From Macrostomum lignano (Eukaryota): a stretch of DNA of 64,000 nucleotides. Each line of letters starts with the position of its first letter. Within the stretch, counting starts at the first letter, position 1. The stretch covers positions 146,298-210,297 of the forward strand of contig NIVC01001554.1 of the NCBI GenBank assembly GCA_002269645.1, read 5' to 3'. The position numbers were made by a program, and so were the translations under genes. Under the pieces are notes generated by a model that worked only from the letters and a program-made list of their open reading frames with translations, searched no databases and was not told the DNA's origin. This document shows, in pieces, positions 24,081 through 38,435 of this stretch.

Positions 24081-24963
24081 TAGGTGAGATTTTAGCGCCA
24101 ATCTACCACAGATGAGATTTTAGCGCCAATCCAACACCACAGGTGAGATTTTAGCGCCAATCCAACACCACAGGTGAGATTTTAGCGCCAATCCAACACG
24201 ACAGGTGAGATTTTAGTGCCAATCCAACACGACAGATGAGATTTTAGCGCCAATCCAACACGACAGGTGAGATTTTAGCGCCAATCCAACACCACAGGTG
24301 AGATTTTAGCGCCAATCCAACACGACAGGTGAGATTTTAGTGCCAATCCAACACGACAGATGAGATTTTAGCGCCAATCCAACACCACAGGTGAGATTTT
24401 AGCGCCAATCCAACACGACAGGTGAGATTTTAGCGCCAATCCAACACGACAGGTGAGATTTTAGCGCCAATCCAACACCACAGGTGAGATTTTAGCGCCA
24501 ATCCAACACCACAGGTGAGATTTTAGCGCCAATCCAACACCACAGGTGAGATTTTAGCGCCAATCCAACACCACAGGTGAGATTTTAGCGCCAATCCAAC
24601 ACCACAGGTGAGATTTTAGTGCCAATCCAACACGACAGATGAGATTTTAGCGCCAATCCAACACCACAGGTGAGATTTTAGCGCCAATCCAACACCACAG
24701 GTGAGATTTTAGCGCCAATCCAACACCACAGGTGAGATTTTAGCGCCAATCCAACACCACAGGTGAGATTTTAGCGCCAATCCAACACCACAGGTGAGAT
24801 TTCAGCGCCAATCTAACACCACAGATGAGATTTTAGCGCCAATCTAACACGACAGGTGAGATTTTAGCGCCAATCCAACACCACAGGTGAGATTTTAGCG
24901 CCAATCCAACACCACAGGTGAGATTTTAGCGCCAATCCAACACCACAGGTGAGATTTTAGCGC
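24081..24963. repeat. 31-nt minisatellite CAGGTGAGATTTTAGCGCCAATCCAACAC(C/G)A, ~28 copies
   Basis: Tandem repeat; its 22-nt core is identical to that of the 9066-10510 array. Confidence 0.98.
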
Positions 24964-25146
24964 AGAAATCAAGAATTGTAGATAATTGATTTAGCTTCAG
25001 AAGGTTTTAGTTATTTTTGGCCTACAACTTTCATGCAAAACGCAGAGGAACTGAAATGGCATCCAAATTGCATAAACCAATCATAAAGCTTGAACTAACA
25101 CCAACCTTTAGACTAGCACCCTATCTGCACATAGTTTCTCAGCGCG

Positions 25147-25584
<438 letters not shown>

Positions 25585-25669
25585 TTAGTAACTGTGTGCT
25601 AGTATTATAGCAATTTAATTATAGTAACTTTATACTCAATGTAAATTTAATGGAATACCTAATGTTACA

Positions 25670-25998
25670 ATACCGAAACTTCACCTACCGAAACTTTACC
25701 TACCGAAAGCTTCACATACCGAAACTTCACATACCAAAAGCTTCACATACCAAAAGCTTCACATACCAAAAGATTCACATATCGAAACTTCACCTACCGA
25801 ATCTTCACATACCAAAAGCTTCACATACCAAAAGCTTCAGATACCAAAAGATTCACGTACCGAAATTTCACCTACCGAAGCTTCACATACCAAAAGCTTC
25901 ACATACCAAAAGCTTCAGATACCAAAAGCTTCAGATACCACAAGATTCAGATACCGAAACTTCACCTACCGAAACTTTACATACCGAAAGCTTCACAA
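25670..25998. repeat. 15/16-nt minisatellite (CCGAAACTTCACATA / CCAAAAGCTTCACATA)
   Basis: Degenerate tandem repeat ~110 nt inside the ZNF330 intron from its acceptor. Confidence 0.9.
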
Positions 25999-28031
25999 AA
26001 GCAAATATTTTAAGCCCAAACTTTCCATGCCAAAAATCAAGCTATTCAATATACATTATATATAACATATATTGTACATTACAAATCGAACTGAATTCTA
26101 ATAACTATGGGTAGTTAAATTTATAAAACATGACAAAATTGACTAGAAAAGCAAATTATTTTATTGCGTTCTATATTAATTCCGAGTCTGCAAAAGCGCC
26201 TAAATCTAGTTAGAGTGGGATGCGGCAAATCATATAAGTATCTTTACTTGCCGTGTATCGAGGCTTAAAAAAGCAAAAATGTACGAGCAAAAGAGACGCC
26301 TGGGGCTTAAGAATTACGAAACACACTTGTTATCCACTTGAATTGATAGAAGAAAGCCAATTATTAAAAAGACATTTTTCATTTGTCTTAACCGACAATT
26401 TTTCTTTATCTAATTGTTATTGTAGAGGAAGTGAATTCTTTGATACTTTTGCTAGCTTCGTGTCGGTAAGTTGTTTTTCTTTCACAAGGAATATTCAGGC
26501 CAGATTCCTCTAGGCCGAGTAAATTGCAACATATTGCTTAGAGTCAGCGGGCGGTAGGCCCAGAGCCGCTAGCATCTTTTATTTTTGTCTGGTTTTCTTG
26601 TTCTCCAGATCGGTTCGATAAACCGTTAATAGCCGGCTATGCAGTGAAGCATGCCAGACAACAATTATATCGAGTCCAAATCCCATTCACAGTGTATAAG
26701 CTCTGCTCCAAGTTAGGAGACGGAAATCTTCTCATCCATGAATAATGCCGGCACAATCTGTTGAAGTAATTCCTTTCCTGCCTTTCCTTGCCATAATTGA
26801 AGGACAAAAAACAATAGGGACTTAAAAATAGTCGATAAAATCGCTACAGCTAATCTTCTAGGAGTTGAAAGAGCGCCTTTTCAAAGCCTTGGATACAACG
26901 GCAGCTTCAATGCGATCTCGATAACTCAACACGATACGGTTGTCAGAGTGAATTCCAAAGAACACCAAGCAGATCGGATGTCGAACTTCTCTGTTGTGAT
27001 GAAGCAATTAGTTTGCCACAACTGAAAATCAGATAGAAGAAGCTGAAGAGCCTGCCAGCCCTCAGATTTTCTGAGTCAGGAAACGCGCGGAGGACGGCAG
27101 CAGCTGCAGCAATAAAGAATGAGGAGAGAAAAAGAGGGAGCCACGCGTCTCCTCAGTTTTTATTCGCCAAGTGACAATTCGGAGGGATGGAATTCGCCTT
27201 TGAGCTTTCTATTTAACAACCGCAGCCGCCGACAGACGGGCGTTCAAGAGTGGAGGATCGGAAACAAACACTGGTTGCTAGGCAGATGAGCAAGCACAGT
27301 AACAAAACCAGCAGCCGCTGCGGCTCCCTGCTCCGTAAAAAAACAGCAATCGATGACAAGCGGCCCAGGATGATAAATTTGATGAGTGGCGGCTGATGAC
27401 AAAAGCGAGGTAGCAACCAAAAACGCAGACGGCTGGAGTGCTGCTTGTCTTTGACTAGCACAGCTTGTGGATTTTCCACGGGGGAATGGCGCCTGTCTCA
27501 ATTTTTATCCCTCCCCATACTACAAGAGGCGCTAAGTCTCTTAAATATCCTTGAGATCGCTTTATCGGCACAATGTGACAATTCTCCTCCATTCAGCAGG
27601 CTCACTGACATTATTCAAAAAATAGCGGCGCTGATTGATGCCCAATATTAGCTCAGCCGGCACGCCCTGCCTAGGATCTAAGATTGAGCAGATTTGCTTA
27701 CGAGTTCATTCTTAATCATTTCCTTTCTTCTGCAAACACGCGCGCGGTGTATTTTCCCTTTTCCGTTGCCGTGGCAAAAAGCCACTAACGTGGATACAGG
27801 CAAAGGGATAAATGATAAGCCGCTTATACAAACTAATTCCTCACTTTTCAAACCCTAAAAACTTGTCAACGGTAAGCAGTTACACACAGATCTACTCGAT
27901 CCGATTATTTCACTGAATTAGCAGCATTTTTCGCTATTTCAAGCTCATTATTAATATTACAGTTGAACCACTTTTACATGTCCTTGACTTTTACATAGAT
28001 TTTACATGAAATTGATTCTTTAACAAACCTT

Positions 28032-28770
28032 CCTACAGTGGACAGCCGCTGCATGTCTCTGAACCTACAATGGACAGTTGCTGTATGTCTGTGATCCTAC
28101 AGTGGACAGTTGCTGAATGTCTGTGATCCTACAGTGGACAGTTGCTGAATGTCTGTGATCCTACAGTGGACAGTTGCTGTATGTCTGTGATCCTACAGTG
28201 GACAGTTGCTGTATGTCTGTGATCCTACAGTGGACAGTTGCTGTATGTCTGTGATCCTACAGTGGACAGTTGAAGTATGTCTGTGATCCTACAGTGGACA
28301 GTTGAAGTATGTCTGTGATCCTACAGTGGACAGTTGCTGAATGTCTGTGATCCTACAGTGGACAGTTGCTGTATGTCTGTGATCCTACAGTGGACAGTTG
28401 CTGTATGTCTGTGATCCTACAGTGGACAGTTGCTGTATGTCTGTGATCCTACAGTGGACAGTTGAAGTATGTCTGTGATCCTACAGTGGACAGTTGAAGT
28501 ATGTCTGTGATCCTACAGTGGACAGTTGCTGAATGTCTGTGATCCTACAGTGGACAGTTGCTGAATGTCTGTGATCCTACAGTGGACAGTTGCTGTATGT
28601 CTGTGATCCTACAGTGGACAGTTGAAGTATGTCTGTGATCCTACAGTGGACAGTTGCTGTATGTCTGTGATCCTACAGTGGACAGTTGCTGTATGTCTGT
28701 GATCCTACAGTGGACAGTTGCTGTATGTCTGTGATCCTACAGTGGACAGTTGTATTCTGTGATCATACAA
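28032..28770. repeat. 32-nt minisatellite CTACAGTGGACAGTTGCTGTATGTCTGTGATC, ~22 copies
   Basis: Visible tandem repeat in the ZNF330 intron. Confidence 0.97.
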
Positions 28771-31700
28771 TGGACGGCCGCTGAGAGAGGTCAGCTAAAT
28801 TCAATTACCTTCTTAGATATCAACTTACGGGCGAGACGTGGCGCCATATTGCCCCATAAAGCCATTTTTCGTTTCGTTGTCTTTATATCGTTTCTGATCA
28901 TGTTTTCTTATGGCGGCTTATCTATCTACCCGTAAAGGCTGACTTGACTCTACAAAAGCATAATAGCGGACTATTTCTGCAATGAAATATTTTTTCAAGA
29001 ACCAAGCACAGCTGGTCTAGCAAAAGAAGCTAAGTAAAGAAAAATCTTAGTGGGTCAACACGGACACCGAATTCTTATTTTCATTCACGCAATAAACTTT
29101 TCTTCTAGCATGAAAAAGCCAAAGCAAAATGTTAGAAGCAGCAAGAAGTCAGCTGAGCACAGACCCGATTCAATCTTTCGGTTTTGGCGCAGAAATCAGA
29201 AATAACTAAGAAATCAGTCAAACTGATCCCCAGCTAACCTAGTTTTCATTTTTTTCAAAATTCCTTCCTCCTCGGATTGAATTGCCAACCGCACAAATAA
29301 TTGAGGTCAATTTTTTTAAAGAATAAAGTTGACGCCAGCTAGCTTGAGTTGTCTCTCGAGCGCATCCCCTAATGCGGGGAGTCCTATAGGGGGTATCAGT
29401 TTCGCACACGTGTGACCCATCCCGGATAAGGCATTTAAGGCTTAGCTGTTGCGCGCAGCAGGTCGACCGGTCGGTGTATTTATTAAGACAGGAGAAAGAC
29501 GGCCACCGGGGTTCAATTTACTGGCGCACGGTGCAGGTAAGCCAGAGATACCTATCTAATCATAAGGCGCGTGACATTTCCCTTAGCCCAGTGGAGCTAC
29601 AGAGAGAGGGGGTAAAGAAATTCGAGAGCATTCGACGCGCGCACCTCAACAATTAACAGATTGGTCATATGGCCTGTTGGGATAAAGCTAAGAGCAAGGT
29701 CGACGACTTAAGTAGACGGATGGGAACTTCGTTTCTTAGAAAATCTCTAGGGAAGCTGGATTTAAGCGAAAACTACACTACCGAGATAGGAACTTTTCAC
29801 GTCTTATCTTTATTATAGATATGGTTTTCTAAGAAACGATATCTCCCGTCCTACTCAAGACATCTTTGAGCAGGAGAAACTCACTAAATAGCTACCCTAA
29901 TAGTTGACGCGACTATTTCATACGAAATCAAAAAACCGCAGGCCACTTGCCGCGTCACTCAAGTAAGCAGCAGCTGGCCTCAGCCAGCCTGTCTCTGCTT
30001 GAGCATATTAACCACCAGGCCTGACCGTGTGGGTAAAAGCAATTCCACTGATGAAGTACCGCTTTTGATCTCGTTGACGGATAAAAGTTGGCTATCGACA
30101 GCGGCAGCACTTCAAATCCACTTTACTTATTCGTGACTTGCCTGCTCAATAGTAGAGGATATACACTCTCTACTTTATCCTTCACTTTCTAGCTAAGGGG
30201 AATAGGGTAGCACCAGTTGTTTGCCCACTTCAATGGCGGGGTGGCTGGGGTTGCGATCATGGACAGATAAGCTGAAGATATTAAGATAGAAGATTTCTTA
30301 ACACAAGCGGAGGTGGAAGGGCCCCGGGCGGCGGGAACGGCGAGCTGGACTGGCGGTAGTGGGAGAGTCAAACAATGCCGCGGATGTTGGGAACATTTTC
30401 GGGTTCACGTGGCGCCTTTACCTTCTTCTCTCTCTCTCATAACTATTTGTCCTAGCATATCAGCTTTCCCATGCTAGTCTGGGGATCGGCAGCAGGCAGG
30501 CAGTCAATTATCAAGCCTTCATCAGTCTAAGGCTCTATCATCCCCAAATTAAGACATTGTGTGTGCGCGTGTGTGTGCTAGGCAAGCCGCAAAGAGGCCG
30601 GGTCAGAGGTCGGACAGGAACTTGCAGCGCATAAGAGAGCAATTTATATATTTTAATGCATCATCATTAAGCGACCTAAACTAGCAAATTTTCTGTCAAA
30701 ATTAAGGGCAACACAAAATCGCAAGAAAGTAGGGGGGGGGGAACTGGGTTTAAGCAGGAATAAGAAGTAAAATCAGGGGATTCTGTGGAAAATTACAGAA
30801 GAAAGTCATAGATGATTAGGAAATCTGGAGGGGACTGGAGGTTAGGAGCGAATCTAATATATAAAAAAACGAACAGGAAGGTCACCCCTAAGAGTGTCTG
30901 GGGCGATGGGAGGCCAACATGTGCGGGGAAGGAGCAACAATTCAATGAGACGCGATGCGACAGTTTGCGCAGATGAGGGGACATTGCGGGCCCTAGACAA
31001 CCACAGCAGCACTCTACTTCACAATTCAGCAACTCTTTTAACAATGCCCCGCGAACCACAACAGCTTCCACTTAAGTGAAACTGGTTTGCAAGTGGCATT
31101 CAACACCATTTTCTCAGCTTCCGTTTCTTGTTCCCTCTTAAACCAGAAACTTCTCTACAATTAAACAGCTGCAGCGTCAAATCCAGACTCGCGATTGCGG
31201 CTTAGCAACCAGTATTGAGGAAATTCCGATCCCCGCTCTCAACAACTCCTCTCGCGCCACGAGGATCCTGGCGGTCAAAGGCCACACGGAGGACAAGCTT
31301 GATTGACAATCGCCTTAGCGCGGCAGGGGGCGGCGCGGCGATACTCGACCCATTATAATACCAGAGACTCTCACCGCGCTCCCTGCAGATCACTGTTGCT
31401 AAAAGATTAACCCCTCCATCTTTTGTGCTCAGCAAACGTCAGTCACCTGTTTTCGATAATTCCACAACTGGAGAGGATAGCTGTCTGCTTAAACAGGCAG
31501 TGTATCCGCCTGGATACAGCTTAGAAAAAGCAGACTAAGAGCAGCAAGAATAACATCGTACTCAGCTCAGTGTGGTGGGTTTGAACAACGGGATTCTTAT
31601 TCATTTAAAATCCTCCATGGGAACAGAGAAGAGAAAAAACAATCACTCAAGGTTTGGAACGTTCTGAACAGAAGCCCAGCACTTCAACATGCTCAAAAAA

Positions 31701-31902
31701 ACCTTAACCCGCATGGAGACAGGCATTCCTTTGTGCAGGTCACGCGCATGGCACATAAAAAATTAACTGTTTTATATCTGACTTCTGCCCACAGCTTTGA
31801 TTAGTCAGTTGGACTTTGAATATCAAGTGGATTTCAAAGTCATTTTTAGGTCAAAAAGGCTGTATCGAATATTAATTACGCGAAAGTTTATATAATTTAA
31901 GC

Positions 31903-34900
31903 TTCAGATTCCCCAGGACAGGGCAGCCGCTACAGCCTCAGATTCCCCAGGACAGGGCAGCCGCTACAGCCTCAGATTCTACAGGACAGGGCAGCTGCTA
32001 CAGCCTCAGATTCTACAGGACAGGGCAGCCGCTACAGCCTCAGATTCTACAGGACAGGGCAGCCGCTACAGCCTCAGATTCTACAGGACAGGGCAGCCGC
32101 TACAGCCTCAGATTCTACAGGACAGGGCAGCCGCTACAGCCTCAGATTCCCCAGGACAGGGCAGCCGCTACAGCCTCAGATTCTACAGGACAGGGCAGCC
32201 GCTACAGCCTCAGATTCTATAGGACAGTTCAGCCGCTACAGCCTCAGATTCTACAGGACAGTTCAGCCGCTACAGCCTCAGATTCTACAGGACAGGGCAG
32301 CCGCTACAGCCTCAGATTCTACAGGACAGGGCAGCCGCTACAGCCTCAGATTCTACAGGACAGGGCAGCCGCTACAGCCTCAGATTCTACAGGACAGGGC
32401 AGCCGCTACAGCCTCTGATTCCCCAGGACAGGGCAGCCGCTACAGCCTCAGATTCTACAGGACAGGGCAGCCGCTACAGCCTCAGATTCCCCAGGACAGG
32501 GCAGCCGCTACAGCCTCAGATTCTACAGGACAGGGCAGCCGCTACAGCCTCAGATTCTCCAGGACAGGGCAGCCGCTACAGCCTCTGATTCTTCAGGACA
32601 GGGCAGCCGCTACAGCCTCAGATTCTACAGGACAGGGCAGCCGCTACAGCCTCAGATTCCCCAGGACAGGGCAGCCGCTACAGCCTCAGATTCCCCAGGA
32701 CAGGGCAGCCGCTACAGCCTCAGATTCTCCAGGACAGGGCAGCCGCTACAGCCTCAGATTCCCCAGGACAGGGCAGCCGCTACAGCCTCAGATTCTACAG
32801 GACAGGGCAGCCGCTACAGCCTCAGATTCTACAGGACAGGGCAGCCGCTACAGCCTCAGATTCTACAGGACAGGGCAGCCGCTACAGCCTCAGATTCTAC
32901 AGGACAGGGCAGCCGCTACAGCCTCAGATTCTACAGGACAGGGCAGCCGCTACAGCCTCAGATTCTACAGGACAGGGCAGCCGCTACAGCCTCAGATTCT
33001 ACAGGACAGGGAAGCCGCTACAGCCTCAGATTCTACAGGACAGGGCAGCCGCTACAGCCTCAGATTCCCCAGGACATGGCAGCCGCTACAGCCTCAGATT
33101 CTACAGGACAGGGCAGCCGCTACAGCCTCAGATTCCCCAGGACAGGGCAGCCGCTACAGCCTCAGATTCTACAGGACAGGGCAGCCGCTACAGCCTCAGA
33201 TTCTACAGGACAGGGCAGCCGCTACAGCCTCAGATTCTACAGGACAGGGCAGCCGCTACAGCCTCTGATTCCCCAGGACAGGGCAGCCGCTACAGCCTCA
33301 GATTCCCCAGGACAGGGCAGCCGCTACAGCCTCAGATTCTACAGGACAGGGCAGCCGCTACAGCTTTAGATTCCCCAGGACAGGGCAGCCGCTACAGCCT
33401 CAGATTCTACAGGACAGGGCAGCCGCTACAGCCTCAGATTCTACAGGACAGGGCAGCCGCTACAGCCTCAGATTCTACAGGACAGTTCAGCCGCTACAGC
33501 CTCAGATTCTACAGGACAGTTCAGCCGCTACAGCCTCAGATTCCCCAGGACAGGGCAGCCGCTACAGCCTCAGATTCTACAGGACAGGGCAGCCGCTACA
33601 GCCTCAGATTCTACAGGACAGGGCAGCCGCTACAGCCTCAGATTCTATAGGACAGGGCAGCCGCTACAGCCTCAGATTCTACAGGACAGTTCAGCCGCTA
33701 CAGCCTCAGATTCTACAGGACAGGGCAGCCGCTACAGCCTCAGATTCTACAGGACAGGGCAGCCGCTACAGCCTCAGATTCTACAGGACAGGGCAGCCGC
33801 TACAGCCTCAGATTCTACAGGACAGGGCAGCCGCTACAGCCTCTGATTCCCCAGGACAGGGCAGCCGCTACAGCCTCAGATTCTACAGGACAGGGCAGCC
33901 GCTACAGCCTCAGATTCCCCAGGACAGGGCAGCCGCTACAGCCTCAGATTCTACAGGACAGGGCAGCCGCTACAGCCTCAGATTCTCCAGGACAGGGCAG
34001 CCGCTACAGCCTCTGATTCTTCAGGACAGGGCAGCCGCTACAGCCTCAGATTCTACAGGACAGGGCAGCCGCTACAGCCTCAGATTCCCCAAGACAGGGC
34101 AGCCGCTACAGCCTCAGATTCTACAGGACAGGGCAGCCGCTACAGCCTCAGATTCTCCAGGACAGGGCAGCCGCTACAGCCTCAGATTCCCCAGGACAGG
34201 GCAGCCGCTACAGCCTCTGATTCTACAGGACAGGGCAGCCGCTACAGCCTCAGATTCTACAGGACAGGGCAGCCGCTACAGCCTCAGATTCTACAGGACA
34301 GGGCAGCCGCTACAGCCTCAGATTCTACAGGACAGGGCAGCCGCTACAGCCTCAGATTCTACAGGACAGGGCAGCCGCTACAGCCTCAGATTCTACAGGA
34401 CAGGGCAGCCGCTACAGCCTCAGATTCCCCAGGACAGGGCAGCCGCTACAGCCTCAGATTCTACAGGACAGGGCAGCCGCTACAGCCTCAGATTCCCCAG
34501 GACAGGGCAGCCGCTACAGCCTCAGATTCTACAGGACAGGGCAGCCGCTACAGCCTCAGATTCCCCAGGACAGGGCAGCCGCTACAGCCTCAGATTCTAC
34601 AGGACAGGGCAGCCGCTACAGCCTCAGATTCTCCAGGACAGGGCAGCCGCTACAGCTTCAGATTCTACAGGACAGGGCAGCCGCTACAGCCTCAGATTCT
34701 ACAGGACAGGGCAGCCGCTACAGCCTCAGATTCTACAGGACAGGGCAGCCGCTACAGCCTCAGATTCTACAGGACAGGGCAGCCGCTACAGCCTCAGATT
34801 CTACAGGACAGGGCAGCCGCTACAGCCTCAGATTCTACAGGACAGGGCAGCCGCTACAGCCTCAGATTCCCCAGGACAGGGCAGCCGCTACAGCCTCAGA

Positions 34901-35574
34901 TTCTACAGGACAGGGCAGCCGCTACAGCCTCAGATTCTACAGGACAGGGCAGCCGCTACAGCCTCAGATTCCCCAGGACAGGGCAGCCGCTACAGCCTCA
35001 GATTCTACAGGACAGGGCAGCCGCTACAGCCTCAGATTCTACAGGACAGGGCAGCCGCTACAGCCTCAGATTCTACAGGAGAGGGCAGCCGCTACAGCCT
35101 CAGATTCTACAGGACAGGGCAGCCGCTACAGCCTCAGATTCTACAGGACAGGGCAGCCGCTACAGCCTCAGATTTTCTTCAGGACAGGGCAGCCGCTACA
35201 GCCTCAGATTCTCCAGGACAGGGCAGCCGCTACAGCCTCAGATTTCCCAGGACAGGGCAGCCGCTACAGCCTCAGATTCTACAGGACAGGGCAGCCGCTA
35301 CAGCCTCAGATTTCCCAGGACAGGGCAGCCGCTACAGCCTCAGATTCTACAGGACAGGGCAGCCGCTACAGCCTCAGATTCTACAGGACAGGGCAGCCGC
35401 TACAGCCCCAGATTCTACAGGACAGGGCAGCCGCTACAGCCTCAGATTCTACAGGACAGGGCAGCCGCTACAGCCTCAGATTCTACAGGACAGGGCAGCC
35501 GCTACAGCCTCAGATTCTACAGGACAGGGCAGCCGCTACAGCCTCTGATTCTACAGGACAGGGCAGCCGCTACA
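31903..35574. repeat. 34-nt minisatellite CAGATTCTACAGGACAGGGCAGCCGCTACAGCCT, ~108 copies
   Basis: 3.7 kb tandem array in the ZNF330 intron. Confidence 0.99.
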
Positions 35575-36412
35575 TAATAGGAATTTTTTCTTATAAATAA
35601 TTAAACTGATACTCGATCTTCTCTCTGAATATTCCTTAAAGAGTTTTCATCTCCGCTAAACAGACGAGTTCGATCAACTGTTGCATAAGCTTGAGTCGCA
35701 TCGCATCTGAAGAATATTTGCCTATACGTGTGTCAAAGATAAAGGCAAACATGCATCAATTGAGCGAATCCTCCTGCAGCTTATCATTACTATGATTATT
35801 AGACAGAGTTTTCACATTCAAAGCCTACCCCAACACCCGAGCTGACACAAAACAAGAAGTCAAAGTCAAACGAAGCGTTAAAACAGATTTGGGCGACAGT
35901 GATCAGCGAGAGCAGCGGATAACAGACAGGATTTGGATAATTATAGCGCAGAGCCAGACAAGGAGGCGAGCCAGTTTTAGGCCAGGATGCGAATGACAGT
36001 GAAAAGACTGACCGAGCCTTGAACTGGGCCGCCAGAGCGCAGAAATGAGTTTTGAGAAAATTTTAGAAAGCAAACGACCGCGGCGAAGTCTTATAAAAGC
36101 TAAACTGACAGGGGGAAATCTCTCCCAACCCTCACCGCCCAGTCTATCGCTCACTTTCTGGAGTGTAATTATAATGTGCGATAATATATAGCAAATCCTA
36201 TCCAGGATATCAGATCTAGCTATTTATAAATCACAATAACCATTACTGCTAAATGACATCATGATTCCATCCTCTGCGTGCTCAGACTTGAAAGCATTAA
36301 AATTAATCATGGAAAGAAAAGATCAATAAGGAAGTAATTCAAATTAGCGATTATTAATTTCAGTGAGCATGGTTTTTCTACAGATATCAAAATTTTGAAG
36401 AATTTACACAGT

Positions 36413-37737
36413 CAGTAAGCATTACACAAACCAGTAAGCATTACACAAACCAGTAAGCATTACACAAACCAGTAAGCATTACACAAACCAGTAAGCATTA
36501 CACAAACCAGTAAGCATTACACAAACCAGTAAGCATTACACAAACCAGTAAGCATTACACAAACCAGTAAGCATTACACAAACCAGTAAGCATTACACAA
36601 ACCAGTAAGCATTACACAAACCAGTAAGCATTACACAAACCAGTAAGCATTACACAAACCAGTAAGCATTACACAAACCAGTAAGCATTACACAAACCAG
36701 TAAGCATTACACAAACCAGTAAGCACTACACAAACCAGTAAGCATTACACAAGCCAGTATCATTACACAAACCAGTAAGCATTACACAAACCAGTAAGCA
36801 TTACACAAACCAGTAAGCATTACACAAACCAGTAAGCATTACACAAACCAGTAAGCATTACACAAACCAGTAAGCATTACACAAACCAGTAAGCATTACA
36901 CAAACCAGTAAGCATTACACAAACCAGTAAGCATTACACAAACCAGTAAGCATTACACAAACCAGTAAGCATTACACAAACCAGTAAGCATTACACAAAC
37001 CAGTAAGCATTACACAAACCAGTAAGCACTACACAAACCAGTAAGCATTACACAAGCCAGTATCATTACACAAACCAGTAAGCATTACACAAACCAGTAA
37101 GCATTACACAAACCAGTAAGCATTACACAAACCAGTAAGCACTACACAAACCAGTAAGCATTACACAAGCCAGTATCATTACACAAACCAGTAAGCATTA
37201 CACAAGCCAGTAAGCAATACACAAGCCAGTGTCATTACACAAGCCAGTATCATTACACAAGCCAGTATCATTACACATGCCAGTGTCATTACACAAGCCA
37301 GTATCATCACAAGCCAGTGTCATTACACAAGCCAGTATCATTACACATGCCAGTGTCATTACACAAGCCAGTATCATCACAAGCCAGTGTCATTACACAA
37401 GCCAGTATCATCACAAGCCAGTATCATTGCACAAGCCAGTATCATTACACAAGCCAGTAAGCACTACACAAGCCAGTATCATTACACAAGCCAGTATCAT
37501 TACACAAGCCAGTAAGCACTACACAAGCCAGTATCATTACAAGCCAGTGTCATTACAAGCCAGTACGTACCATTACACAAGCCAGTGTCATTACACAAGC
37601 CAGTATCATTACACAAGCCAGTGTCATTACACAAGCCAGTATCATCACAAGCCAGTATCATTACACAAGCCAGTAAGCACTACACAAGCCAGTATCATTA
37701 CACAAGCCAGTATCATTACACAAGCCAGTAAGCACTA
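36413..37737. repeat. 19-nt minisatellite CAGTAAGCATTACACAAAC grading into an 18-nt variant (CCAGTATCATTACACAAG)
   Basis: Homogeneous left part and a degenerate right part. Confidence 0.97.
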
Positions 37738-38435
37738 CTGGTTACTACTGGTTACTGGTTACTAACCAGATGCGGGCTGAAGGTTCACTAATAGCCGATT
37801 TGTGTTAATAAAAACAGAATTAAACAATCAAGCTGCTTTAGTATTCCTGGGATAACATAATTTGCCAGCAGGTTCTGTTTGATCCCCAAACCTAACCCGA
37901 CCGAACAATCCGCGGTATAAAAATTGTGTGAAAGGCTTCCAGAAAGCTTGGGGGAGTGACGGAAATCAGGCAGCCTACAAGCCTGCCTCTCAGCGTGCAA
38001 TCAATGCAATGTCCACCCAGACAGTAGATAATGATTCAGGTCACGCACAGGCGCTTACTGTGTATTGCTATGCGTCACAATTAAATAGTAAAGACTTCGC
38101 ATTGAACATCCTGTTAGGAATTGCGCAGACAGATGGACAAATCTTAGAGGAGGTCAATGCTGGAATTAAATCAGATAAAATCGATATTAAGATAGTATAG
38201 CACTGGCATAACAATAACGATGACATCGTTTTAATTTGAGCAGTAAGAAAAGTATTTCGATCGTTCCCTTTACTACTGAATAGTAGAAATCGAAGAATTA
38301 ATACAGTAAAGTCGATTTATAAGATGAAAATACTTCATTATGATTTCTAAGAGTGCGATTTGTGATAAAAGTGTCAGGACTAATGCTCATGAGGTAGGGG
38401 CGATTTTCATGATGTAGGTTAAGAGAAGAGGCAAT

